Shown one piece after another: positions 10,004-18,769 of a stretch of 64,000 bases of DNA (positions are counted from its first letter, which is position 1; the number at the start of each line of letters is the position of its first letter). A program made the position numbers and the translations under genes. The stretch is taken from positions 288,001 to 352,000 of the forward strand of contig CAVUKA010000003.1 of the NCBI GenBank assembly GCA_963741945.1. Reading direction: 5' to 3'. The DNA comes from an uncultured Gemmatimonadales bacterium (GTDB taxonomy: Bacteria; Gemmatimonadota; Gemmatimonadetes; Longimicrobiales; RSA9). The notes under the pieces were generated by a model, which was not told the origin of the DNA, did not search any database, and saw only the letters and a list, made by a program, of their open reading frames with translations.

Positions 10004-10025
10004 AAGATACGGAGGGGGTGTGACA
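10004..10025 (-). promoter_or_regulatory. PafBC/RecA-NDp-like promoter motif upstream of the VWA operon
   Basis: TGTCAC-N10-TATCTT, 50 nt upstream of the ATG. Confidence 0.5.
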
Positions 10026-10095
10026 GTCCGGGGGAACGCGCGCGAGCGCACCGAGGGGACCGGACGCGGATGAGCCGCCCGGAGCACCTGACGCG

Positions 10096-10458
10096 CTAAC
10101 GCAACCAGCCATAGGTGCCCGCGACCGGGTTGTGCCCAGCCTGATCTGCGACGGCCACCCATTCAAGAAGCGAGCGAACGTGGTGCCCCGCGTCAGCGTG
10201 TGGCACCGACGTGGCGATGAACAGCACACCCGGGAAGGCGAGCCCCTTCGCGGCGTAGGCGCTCACGAGCGGCGCGAAGTCCTGGTAGTTCCGCGTGACG
10301 AGGATGCGTTCCTGGTCAACGGACCAGGCGAAGATCTCCGGGTCATCGGCCGCGCTCAGGCCAACCTCTGCAACGTGGACGACATCCACTCCTCGAGCTT
10401 GAAGCTGCCGCAACGCCCGGGCGTTGACATGCTGATCGAACACGAACCGGAAGGGCAT
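10096..10458 (-). CDS. DUF5615 / VapC45-like PIN toxin
   Basis: FVFDQHV, GVDVVHV, DPEIF, RILVTRNYQDF. Confidence 0.85.
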   Translation of the reverse strand: MPFRFVFDQHVNARALRQLQARGVDVVHVAEVGLSAADDPEIFAWSVDQERILVTRNYQDFAPLVSAYAAKGLAFPGVLFIATSVPHADAGHHVRSLLEWVAVADQAGHNPVAGTYGWLR

Positions 10459-10841
10459 CAGCGCGTGTTGTCGACAAGCCGCTCCACCCGGCCGTTGTTC
10501 GAAATCATGGAGTTGATTTCATCCGGGAACCGGTCGGCATACTCGAGCGCTTGCCGGAGGGCCTCGGGAGGGACAAACGCGAAGTGGTCGCGGAACCCCT
10601 CTTCGTCGTCGCCGTACCCCCTGCGGACCGAAACAACCTCCCACACGTCCGGGCCACTCCGGAGCCGTGCTCGCCGGCCGGCCACGCCGTCCGCAAAGGT
10701 GATCTCCGGGAAGTGCTGCATGGCCCACCACTCTTCAGCGACGCGGCGAAGCCCCGTCGACGGTCCCTCGCCGTGTGATCGCCAGAAGCCCTCAATGCTA
10801 TCCTTCAGCCACGGGTCCAGGCGGGCGCTCATGGTTGGCAT
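10458..10841 (-). CDS. DUF433-containing (VapB45-like) antitoxin
   Basis: FPEITF...GRRARL..GPDVWEVV...ALEYA..FPDEI; 1-nt overlap with the toxin; N-terminal RHH-like segment. Confidence 0.82.
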   Translation of the reverse strand: MPTMSARLDPWLKDSIEGFWRSHGEGPSTGLRRVAEEWWAMQHFPEITFADGVAGRRARLRSGPDVWEVVSVRRGYGDDEEGFRDHFAFVPPEALRQALEYADRFPDEINSMISNNGRVERLVDNTR

Positions 10842-10859
10842 GGTGGACTCTCCCTCCTG

Positions 10860-10886
10860 GTGTATACAGTGTAAACTATGTAAACA
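10860..10886. promoter_or_regulatory. three 9-bp repeats, probable TA operator
   Basis: GTGTATACA GTGTAAACT ATGTAAACA; AT-rich; overlaps a TTGTCG-N16-TAGTTT promoter candidate. Confidence 0.65.
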
Positions 10887-11058
10887 TTCCGGTTCGACAA
10901 TGGCGCGTCAAGGCCTTCGGTCCGGGGGTGTTCTACCCCCTGGCCTCCCCCTTGGACGGGACGGTGTACTCGGCAAGTCCAGCCTCGCGGAGGGATCGTC
11001 TCGCGCCGGCTCCGATGCGAAACGGCGGTCAGCTCAGGGGAGCCGACCGCCGCCTCGA

Positions 11059-11129
11059 TTCCCCGGGGTGGATTCGAACCACCATTGGAGGATCCAAAGT
11101 CCTCCGTCCTGCCATTAGACGACCGGGGA
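11059..11129 (-). tRNA. tRNA-Gln (TTG), CCA not encoded
   Basis: Acceptor TCCCCGG/CCGGGGA; anticodon arm GAGGA-CTTTGGA-TCCTC; T-loop GGTTCGAATCC; usual position after ispE. Confidence 0.97.
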
Positions 11130-11392
11130 TCGTTGTCTGATCGAGTCCGACGCGAACGGGCACGGGCGCTTTCACGGGCGTGCCGCGCGCATGATCGGAT
11201 AACGCAGATTCTAGTGCCTGAGGGCGCTTCAAGCCACCGCCCTGGGGCCGCGGCCGCACGGCGGTACCGGCGCCAGGGGGGCATGGTGATCGGGCGCCGC
11301 TCCTTGCCCGGCCGACAACGGCGCGTGCGGCCCCGGGCTTGCACGCAGCCGTGCTTCAGTGAATCTGCGCCACGCCACCAACGAGGTCACGC

Positions 11393-11545
11393 ATGCCCGC
11401 CCGCGTCGCAATCACCCGGGATCGTTCCGACATCGCCGCTGCCATCGCCGGGGCGCTGGACGCGCTGCCCATCGAAGAGATCGTCCGCGGCCGCTTCGTG
11501 GCCACCAAGGCCTACGGTGAGCGGCTGACGTTCGAGCACGAGTGA
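11393..11545 (+). pseudogene. 50-codon remnant, probably an internally deleted DUF362-family gene
   Basis: MPARVAITRDRSDIAAAIAGALDALPIEEIVRGRFVATK joined to AYGERLTFEHE*; GAGG SD; resembles DUF362 N- and C-termini from memory. Confidence 0.45.
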
Positions 11546-11659
11546 TGCCCCCGCGCGGTCGTGACCGGCGGGCGGGGCGGGCGGAGACGCGCCGTGGAGC
11601 CCGGCTCCATTCTTCGCGGCGGGGCTCGCCCCTCGTCCCGCTGGAGGCCGGCGTGCGGG

Positions 11660-12586
11660 TCAGCTGATCGCGGTACGGGTGCGGGTCAGGACGACGTCGA
11701 CGCCCGGGTGCGTCGCTGACAGTCGGTCGGCGGCAGCGCGGGCCGCATCTTCGGCAGCGAAGACCCCGAACACCGTCGAGCCGCTGCCGGCCAGCAGCGC
11801 AATGGCGGCACCGGCCGCGCGGAGGTCGTCGCGCAGCGAGGCCAGGATGGGGTGGAGCCGGAAGAGCACCGGCTCGAAGTCGTTCACGGCCTCACGGGCG
11901 ACATCCTCCCACGACGCCTCGCGCGATGGGGCGACGGACGCATCTTCGGCTCCCCCGCCCCGTGCCGCGCATCCAGCGCGCGTCTCACCCGCGCCCCGGG
12001 CTCGGTCCAGCGCCGAATAGGCGGCGGCCGTGGACAGGTGGAGCGGCGGAAGCGCCAGCACTACGGGGCGCGACGGCAGCGGCGGCAGGGCCGACAGCTT
12101 CTCGCCCCGGCCGCGCCCGATGGCCAGCGGGGCCCCGGACGCGAAGAACGGGACATCGCTTCCCAGCGATGCCGCGATCTCCAGCACGTCCTCCGGGGGG
12201 AGCGCGGCGGGGTCGAGGCCGGCCAGCCCGCGCAGCATCGCACCGGCATCGCTGGAGCCACCGCCGAGGCCAGCACCCGCCGGGATGCACTTCTTCAGAC
12301 GGATCTCGAGCCCGGGGGAGAGCCCCGCGGCCCGCGTGAACGCCACCGCCGCGCGCACGGCCAGGTTGAAGTGGTCCGGCCCCATGTCCGGGAGCGCCCG
12401 CAGCGGTGGCGCGGCTTCCGCCCGCAGCGTCGGCACCGTGCGATCGGGCGTCCACTCGACGACGAGCTCGTCCGCCAGATCGAGGGCGCAGAAGAGGGTT
12501 TCGATCGGATGGTAGCCATCGGGCCGGCGGTCGCCGATGCGGAGCCGCAGGTTCACCTTGGCCAGAGCGGAGAGCGTCAGCGTCAT
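11660..12586 (-). CDS. ispE: 4-diphosphocytidyl-2-C-methyl-D-erythritol kinase
   Basis: AKVNLRL..R.DGYH, IPAGAGLGGGSSDA, GSDVPFF, NDFE. Confidence 0.96.
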   Translation of the reverse strand: MTLTLSALAKVNLRLRIGDRRPDGYHPIETLFCALDLADELVVEWTPDRTVPTLRAEAAPPLRALPDMGPDHFNLAVRAAVAFTRAAGLSPGLEIRLKKCIPAGAGLGGGSSDAGAMLRGLAGLDPAALPPEDVLEIAASLGSDVPFFASGAPLAIGRGRGEKLSALPPLPSRPVVLALPPLHLSTAAAYSALDRARGAGETRAGCAARGGGAEDASVAPSREASWEDVAREAVNDFEPVLFRLHPILASLRDDLRAAGAAIALLAGSGSTVFGVFAAEDAARAAADRLSATHPGVDVVLTRTRTAIS

Positions 12587-12634
12587 GGGGATGCGCGCTC
12601 CGCCGTCAGCCCGGGCACCGCCGGGCCTCGGGCA

Positions 12635-13741
12635 TCAGCCCCATCGGTCGCCGGGAGCCGATGGCGCGCCGGGCCTGGACTCCGCCCGCTCCTCGACCGC
12701 TTCCTCCACCGCCAGCTCGCTGCGCCCCATGTCGGACCACGAGAGGCCGGCCCGCCACAGGTAGTACAGCCCGATCACGGTGATGGGGATGAACCCGGCG
12801 AGGTGCAGCCCGAGGGCGAACGCCACCGCGTGCGACGATTCCACTCCCCACACCTGCACCAGTCCCACCCTCGCCGCGGCCTCGAACACCCCGAAGAAGC
12901 CGGGCGCGGACGGAAGAGAGACGGCCAGGGCGATGATCGACTGCAGGAACACGGCGGCAATGAAGGGGGCGTGGATATCGAACGCTTTGAACCCGATCCA
13001 GGTGGCCACGGCCACGTTCAGCCAGAGGACCACGGACCAGGCCAGCACCTGGAGCACCAGCCGCCATTCGCGCAGCGCCGCCATGCCGTCGAGGAACGCC
13101 TCGAGGGCGTCGACCACGAGGCGGCGGAGGCGACGGGGGAGCAGACGAGCCACGGTCGCCTCGAACAGCCCGACGGACTTCTCGGGCCAGGAGACCATGA
13201 CAACCAGGACCGCGAAGCCGACCACGAGCACAGCGGCCGCGCCCACCGCGTAGGATCCGAAATCGTGGCCCGAGACATCGGGGAAGCCCGGCCACCAGAG
13301 CGCGATGAACAACAGCGACACCACCATGAGCGCGTCGAACAACCGCTCGACCACGAGCGAGCCGAACGCCGCGGAAACGCGCACCGGCTCGAAGCGGGTC
13401 AGGGCGAACGCGCGGGCGAACTCACCCACCCTCGCGGGGAGCAGGTTGTTCGCCATGAAGCCGATGCAGGTGGCGGCGAAGCGCGGCCGGAAGGCGGTGT
13501 CGGGGAAGGAGGGGCGCAGGAGCGGCCTCCATCGGAACGCGCGGAGCGGAAACGGCAGCGTGAGCGCCACCGCGGTCAGGACCAGCAGCGGGACATTGGC
13601 GCCGCGGATCTCCCGCCATACTTCGGCGAGGTCCACGTCCCGGAAGGTGTACCAGAGGAGCGCGACGCTGAGGAGCACGCCCAGCACGCCTTTCCACTCC
13701 AGGAAAGGGCGCCGTCGAGCTTCCGCGGCGCCGCCGGCCAT
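12635..13741 (-). CDS. lysylphosphatidylglycerol synthase TM (UPF0104) family membrane protein
   Basis: RAFRW, GFMANNLLPARVGE, VVERLFD, PSAPGFFGVFE. Confidence 0.9.
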   Translation of the reverse strand: MAGGAAEARRRPFLEWKGVLGVLLSVALLWYTFRDVDLAEVWREIRGANVPLLVLTAVALTLPFPLRAFRWRPLLRPSFPDTAFRPRFAATCIGFMANNLLPARVGEFARAFALTRFEPVRVSAAFGSLVVERLFDALMVVSLLFIALWWPGFPDVSGHDFGSYAVGAAAVLVVGFAVLVVMVSWPEKSVGLFEATVARLLPRRLRRLVVDALEAFLDGMAALREWRLVLQVLAWSVVLWLNVAVATWIGFKAFDIHAPFIAAVFLQSIIALAVSLPSAPGFFGVFEAAARVGLVQVWGVESSHAVAFALGLHLAGFIPITVIGLYYLWRAGLSWSDMGRSELAVEEAVEERAESRPGAPSAPGDRWG

Positions 13742-13926
13742 CACTTCATCCCCAGACGGATCAGGTCGAACAGCTCATCGAGGATCGGCCCCACGGGGGC
13801 CCCGGTCACCAGGGCGTCCTCCAGCGCGGTGCGGAGTTCCAGCGCCCGCTCGAGTGCCGGGTGGGGCGCGTACTCCAGCGTTCCGATGTCCACTTCCCCC
13901 GCTTCGCTCGACCGGCTTGCGACCAT
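13741..13926 (-). CDS. small hypothetical protein (61 aa)
   Basis: ATG 13926 with GGAGG SD; ends LDELFDLIRLGMK; tightly packed in the operon. Confidence 0.7.
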   Translation of the reverse strand: MVASRSSEAGEVDIGTLEYAPHPALERALELRTALEDALVTGAPVGPILDELFDLIRLGMK

Positions 13927-13937
13927 GCGTCCTCCGC

Positions 13938-14675
13938 TCAGGGGTGGCCGTGCGTGCGCGCGGCCGCGATCAGCGCCTTCATCTCGCGCACCGCCGCCTC
14001 CATGCCCGTGAACAGTGCGCGGCTGATCACGCTGTGCCCGATGTTCAGCTCCTCGATCTCCTCGATCGCCGCCACGGGCGCCGTGTTCTCGTACGTCAGG
14101 CCGTGGCCGGCGTGGACGTCGAGGCCGAGGGAGCGACCGAGCGCCGCAGCGCGACGCAGGCGATCCAGCTCTTCCGGCGCCCCCCGGCCGGGGCGCCATG
14201 CGTTGGCATACTCGCCCGTGTGCAGCTCCACGGCATCCACACCGAGCGCCGCGGCGGCGCGGAGTGTTGCGTCGTCCGGGTCGATGAAGAGCGATGTGCG
14301 CACGCCCGCGGCCATGAGGCCCCGGACGGCGGTCTCGATCCGCCCGGTGTCGCCAGCCAGCGAGAGGCCCCCTTCCGTGGTGACCTCCTCCCGTCGCTCG
14401 GGAACGAGTGTCGCGGCCATGGGCGCGAGCTCTTCCGCCAGCGCGACGATCCCGTCCGCCGCGGCCAGCTCGAGGTTGACCCCCGTGCGGGCGGTGGCCA
14501 TGAGGAGCCGGACGTCCCTGTCCTGGATGTGGCGGCGGTCCTCACGCAGGTGGACGGTGATGCCGTCCGCGCCGCCCAGCTCGGCGAGCACGGCGGCGCG
14601 CACCGGGTCCGGCTCGTCCGTGCGGCGAGCCTGCCGGACCGTGGCCACGTGGTCGATGTTGATGTGGAGCCGCAT
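13938..14675 (-). CDS. pdxJ: pyridoxine 5'-phosphate synthase
   Basis: [38 protein letters not shown]. Confidence 0.98.
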   Translation of the reverse strand: MRLHINIDHVATVRQARRTDEPDPVRAAVLAELGGADGITVHLREDRRHIQDRDVRLLMATARTGVNLELAAADGIVALAEELAPMAATLVPERREEVTTEGGLSLAGDTGRIETAVRGLMAAGVRTSLFIDPDDATLRAAAALGVDAVELHTGEYANAWRPGRGAPEELDRLRRAAALGRSLGLDVHAGHGLTYENTAPVAAIEEIEELNIGHSVISRALFTGMEAAVREMKALIAAARTHGHP

Positions 14676-15544
14676 CAGTCGGTCAGGAGTGCTTCCAGTT
14701 GATCGGCACGCTCCGGGTCGAGCCCGGCCGCGCGGGCGAGCTGCAGCGTTTCGAGCCCGACGACGCAATATAGGCGTCGCTCCCGCCCCGACAACCGCGA
14801 GAGGTGCAGTCGGACCGTGTCGAGGTCGCCCCGGGCGACGGGCCCGGTGAGCGCGGCGCCGAAGCCCAGCTGCTCCACGTTGTCCATGGTGCCGCGCATG
14901 AGCGGGAGCGCCGCAGCAACGGCCTCATCTTCGGGAATCCCGGCCTCCGCCAGCGTCCGGGCCACCACGGCCGCGGCCGCGAGGACGTAGTTCGAGGCGA
15001 ACACGGCCGCGGCGTGGTAGAGCGGCCGGAGCGTGGGCGGGATCACGAGCGCGCGACCGCCGAGAGCGGCCACGATCCGGCGCGCGGCGGTGAGCGCCGC
15101 GGGCTCACCGGCCACGGCATAGGCGCAGCCGACGAGCCGGTCGGCGCCGGACCACGGATCGGCCACGGTCTGGAGCGGGTGCAGCGATCCCACGGCGTAG
15201 CCCGCGCCGTGGAGTGGGGCGAGGACATCCGTGGACAGGGCGCCCGACAGGTGAAGGGCCGCGCAGCCGCCCGGATGCGACCCGGCGAGCGCCACCTGGT
15301 TGGCCACCTCGTGGAGCGCGTCGTCCGGCACGGCGAGGAGAAGCACGGTCGTGTCCTCCGGCACGGGGCCGTATCCCATCCGATACGACACGTGCTCGGC
15401 CGCGCCATCGAACAGCGGGTGCGGCGGTGGCTCGGGTGAGCGACCGAAATAGACGAGCGTCTCCGCCTCCCTGGCGTGACTGAGCGCCACTCCGATCGCC
15501 AGGCCCATCCGGCCCGGCCCGACCACCGCCAGGCGCTCGCTCAT
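14675..15544 (-). CDS. Rossmann-like + DUF2520 domain protein (PanG-like oxidoreductase)
   Basis: [42 protein letters not shown]. Confidence 0.92.
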   Translation of the reverse strand: MSERLAVVGPGRMGLAIGVALSHAREAETLVYFGRSPEPPPHPLFDGAAEHVSYRMGYGPVPEDTTVLLLAVPDDALHEVANQVALAGSHPGGCAALHLSGALSTDVLAPLHGAGYAVGSLHPLQTVADPWSGADRLVGCAYAVAGEPAALTAARRIVAALGGRALVIPPTLRPLYHAAAVFASNYVLAAAAVVARTLAEAGIPEDEAVAAALPLMRGTMDNVEQLGFGAALTGPVARGDLDTVRLHLSRLSGRERRLYCVVGLETLQLARAAGLDPERADQLEALLTD

Positions 15545-16839
15545 GCCGCCCCGTTGATCTGGATCCCCTCCCGCTGCCGCAGGCGGCCCAGGGTGGGCTG
15601 GGGGATCCTCGCCCTCAGGTCGATGGTCGTGCCCCGCTCCTCGCGACTGAGCACTTCGCCCTCACGGTAGACCGTGGCCAGGCTCTCCCCGTCGGCGGCG
15701 GGGATGAGGAGCTGCACTTCCGGCCGCTGGCTCCGCACCTCGTCTTCGAGCAGCTCCACCAGCTCGTTCAGCCCATCCCGCTCCACCGTGGACGTGAATA
15801 CCGCCGGCTCCGGGAACATCGCGCGCGAGCGGGCCCGGAGCGCGGCCTCCTCGTCGTGCGTGAGCTGATCCACCTTGTTGAACACGAGCGCGACCGGCAC
15901 GTCATCGAGCTCGAGATCCGTGAGCACGTCCTCCACTACCCCCTTCTGCTCCTCCCAGCGGGGGTGGGACCCGTCGATCACGTGGAGCAGGACATCCGCT
16001 TCCGCAGCCTCTTCCAGCGTGGCCCGGAACGAGGCGACGAGGTGGTGGGGCAGCTTGCGGATGAACCCGACCGTGTCCGTCACCAGCACTTTCGATCCCA
16101 TGGGCAGCTCCACCTGCCGTGTGGCCGGGTCCAGGGTGGCGAACAGGCGGTCCTCGATGAACAGCTCCGCGCCCGAGAGCGCGCGCAGCAGGCTGGACTT
16201 GCCCGCATTGGTGTAGCCGACCAGCGCGGCCTGGAACTCGCCGGAACGACCTTTCCGTTGCGTGGCCCGACGCCGCGCGACCACCTGGAGCTTGTCGCGC
16301 AGGTCGCTGATGCGGCGGCTGATGATCCGACGGTCGGTCTCCAGCTGCGTCTCGCCCGGGCCCCGGAGCCCGATGCCGCCACGGATGCGGGAAAGGTGGG
16401 TCCACATCCGCTTGAGCCGAGGGAGCAGGTACTCGAGCTGGGCCAGCTCGACCTGCAGCTGCGCCTCGTTCGTGCGCGCCCGCGTCGCGAAGATGTCCAG
16501 GATGAGCTCGGTGCGGTCCAGGACCCGCACGTCGAGGAGGTCCTCCAGGTTCTTCCCCTGGGCGGGCGTCAGCTCATCATCGAAGATCACGAGCGTGGCC
16601 TGCCGGTCCTGCACCACCTGCCGCAGCTCCTTCGCCTTCCCTTCCCCGATGAAATACCTCGGGTGCGGCGCCGACAGCCGCTGGGTCAGCACGGCGACGA
16701 CGTTCGCACCGGCTGTGTCGCTGAGTCGCCCCAGCTCCTCCAGGTGCTCGTCCGCCTCCTCCGACGAGATGTCCGCCGTGGGCGCGCCGACCAGTACCGC
16801 CCGCTCTTCGGGCTCAGCGAGCGAAATCGTGTCTCGTAT
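15541..16839 (-). CDS. hflX: ribosome-splitting GTPase HflX (probable ATA start at 16839)
   Basis: GPGETQLETDRR, GYTNAGKS, FATLD, DTVGF, NKVD; N-terminal ERAVLVG segment lies upstream of the first canonical start. Confidence 0.96.
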   Translation of the reverse strand: MRDTISLAEPEERAVLVGAPTADISSEEADEHLEELGRLSDTAGANVVAVLTQRLSAPHPRYFIGEGKAKELRQVVQDRQATLVIFDDELTPAQGKNLEDLLDVRVLDRTELILDIFATRARTNEAQLQVELAQLEYLLPRLKRMWTHLSRIRGGIGLRGPGETQLETDRRIISRRISDLRDKLQVVARRRATQRKGRSGEFQAALVGYTNAGKSSLLRALSGAELFIEDRLFATLDPATRQVELPMGSKVLVTDTVGFIRKLPHHLVASFRATLEEAAEADVLLHVIDGSHPRWEEQKGVVEDVLTDLELDDVPVALVFNKVDQLTHDEEAALRARSRAMFPEPAVFTSTVERDGLNELVELLEDEVRSQRPEVQLLIPAADGESLATVYREGEVLSREERGTTIDLRARIPQPTLGRLRQREGIQINGAA

Positions 16840-16863
16840 GGGATCCTCCTCAGTGGTCCTTCG

Positions 16864-17352
16864 TCAGCGGACCATGGACTCGGTCACTGTCCCGACGTGC
16901 CTGAAATCCAGTTGCCGCCGGACCGGCCCGGTCACGGATACAGTGCCGCTGACACGATAATCGAACGACCCGCGATCGAGCAGCGCCTGCGCAGCGTGGC
17001 CCAGGGTGCGGAACGTGAAATCCACCGGGACCGCCACTTCCATGCTGTCCCCCGCCGGCACCGCGAGGTCGCGGTCGATCCGCCCCTCCGTGAAATCGGT
17101 CCAGCCGTCGCCTTGCGGCGTCTGCACTTCGAGTCGGTAGCGAACGCCGTCGGCTTTCAGATCGAAGGTGTTCGGATTGTAGATCCCGAGCCGCACGTCC
17201 ATGACACCGCCGTTCAGGCCGACCGATGACAGTTTTACCCCCGCCAGCCAGATCCGGGGCTGCTTCACCTTCGGCACACACGCGCCCACAAGCAACAGGA
17301 TGGCAATCAGCGCCGCCCGCCGCGGGATCCGCACGATCCTCCTATCCCTCAC
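16864..17352 (-). CDS. LEA type 2 / WHy-domain lipoprotein
   Basis: Lipobox LVGAC, YNPN motif; GTG start with GGAGG SD. Confidence 0.88.
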   Translation of the reverse strand: MRDRRIVRIPRRAALIAILLLVGACVPKVKQPRIWLAGVKLSSVGLNGGVMDVRLGIYNPNTFDLKADGVRYRLEVQTPQGDGWTDFTEGRIDRDLAVPAGDSMEVAVPVDFTFRTLGHAAQALLDRGSFDYRVSGTVSVTGPVRRQLDFRHVGTVTESMVR

Positions 17353-18769
17353 CGCCGCCTCCACTCTCACTGGACTCATCCCGGAGCTTCGCCCACCAGG
17401 CCAGGCGCTCACCGATGCGTTTCTCGTGCCCGAAGTCGCTCGGCTCGTAGAAGCGCGCGCCGCGCAGCCGCTCCGGCAGGTACGCCTGTGGAATGTAGTG
17501 GTCCGCGGAATCGAACGCGTAATGATAATCCGTCCCGTAGCCCAGGTCCTTCATCAGCCGCGTCGGCGCGTTCCGGATGTGGAGCGGCACGGGCTCCGCC
17601 GGCGTGTCCCTCGCCGCCGACCGCGCTGCGCCGAACGCCGCATACAGCCGGTTCGACTTGGGCGACGTGGCGAGGTACACGGCGGCCTCGGCCAGTGCAA
17701 GATCGCCTTCCGGCGACCCGAGCATCTGGTACGCGTCACGCGCGGCCACGGCCACCGCGAGCGCGTTCGGATCGGACAACCCGATGTCTTCCATGGCCAT
17801 GCGGATCAGGCGACGAGCGGCGTAGAGCGGATCCTCGCCACCCTCCAGGAGCCGAGCGAGCCAGTACAGCGCACCGTCCGGGTCGCTCCCCCGCACCGCC
17901 TTGTGCAGGGCCGAGATGATGTTGTAGTGCTCCTCCCCTCCCTTGTCGTAGCGGGCGACGCGCTGCTGGAGCGCCTCCCTCGCCCGTCCCGCATCGATGC
18001 GCCCCCCGTCACCGGCGAGGGTGGCCGCAGTCTCCAGGGCGTTCAGCGCCCGACGGGCATCGCCGTCCGCCTCGCGGGCGATGAGCGCGATGGCGTCGTC
18101 GTCCACGTCCAGGTCCCGGCCCCCGAGCCCCCGCTCCTCGTCGGCCAGCGCGCGCCGGAGGATCCGCTGCAGGTCGTCGTCCCCCAGCGGCTCGAGCACG
18201 AACACGCGGGCGCGACTCAGGAGCGCGCCGATGACCTCGAACGACGGGTTTTCCGTGGTGGCGCCAATGAGCGAAATCGTACCCGCCTCCACGTGCGGCA
18301 GAAACGCATCCTGCTGCGCCTTGTTGAAGCGGTGGATCTCGTCACAGAAGAGGATCGTCCGGCGCCCCATTCCCCTCAGCCGGGCTTCGGCCTGCTTCAT
18401 GATCTCGCGCACCCGGGGAACGCCCTCGGTCACCGCGCTGAAGGGGACGAACGTGGCGTTGGTACGCTCGGCGATGACGCGGGCGATGGTGGTCTTCCCG
18501 GTGCCCGGTGGCCCCCAGAGGATCAGGCTCCCCACTTCGTCCTTCTCGATGAGCTCGCGGAGCGCGCGATCGGGGCCGAGGATCCGCTCCTGGCCGACGA
18601 ACTCGTCCAGCGTGCGCGGACGCATCCTCGCGGCCAGAGGCGCGGCAGCGTCGACGTCCCGAGCCGATGCCGCTTCTCCCGCACTGCTGTCGGCATCACC
18701 GGCATCGGGGGCATTCCCGGGGGACTCCGGAGAGGGGCGTCGGCCGCCGAACAGGTCCAGATCACTCAT
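17342..18769 (-). CDS. rarA: replication-associated recombination protein A (MgsA/RarA)
   Basis: PLAARMRP, GPPGTGKTT, DEIHRFNKAQQD, GATTENPSF, PKSN. Confidence 0.97.
   Translation of the reverse strand: MSDLDLFGGRRPSPESPGNAPDAGDADSSAGEAASARDVDAAAPLAARMRPRTLDEFVGQERILGPDRALRELIEKDEVGSLILWGPPGTGKTTIARVIAERTNATFVPFSAVTEGVPRVREIMKQAEARLRGMGRRTILFCDEIHRFNKAQQDAFLPHVEAGTISLIGATTENPSFEVIGALLSRARVFVLEPLGDDDLQRILRRALADEERGLGGRDLDVDDDAIALIAREADGDARRALNALETAATLAGDGGRIDAGRAREALQQRVARYDKGGEEHYNIISALHKAVRGSDPDGALYWLARLLEGGEDPLYAARRLIRMAMEDIGLSDPNALAVAVAARDAYQMLGSPEGDLALAEAAVYLATSPKSNRLYAAFGAARSAARDTPAEPVPLHIRNAPTRLMKDLGYGTDYHYAFDSADHYIPQAYLPERLRGARFYEPSDFGHEKRIGERLAWWAKLRDESSESGGGGEG

Larger units (their letters stand above)
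2372..11058. other. accessory/decaying region between tRNA-Gln and prs
   Basis: Interrupts the usual ispE-tRNA(Gln)-prs-rplY-pth order; carries a TA pair, frameshifted genes and hypotheticals; no integrase or att duplication seen. Confidence 0.6.
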
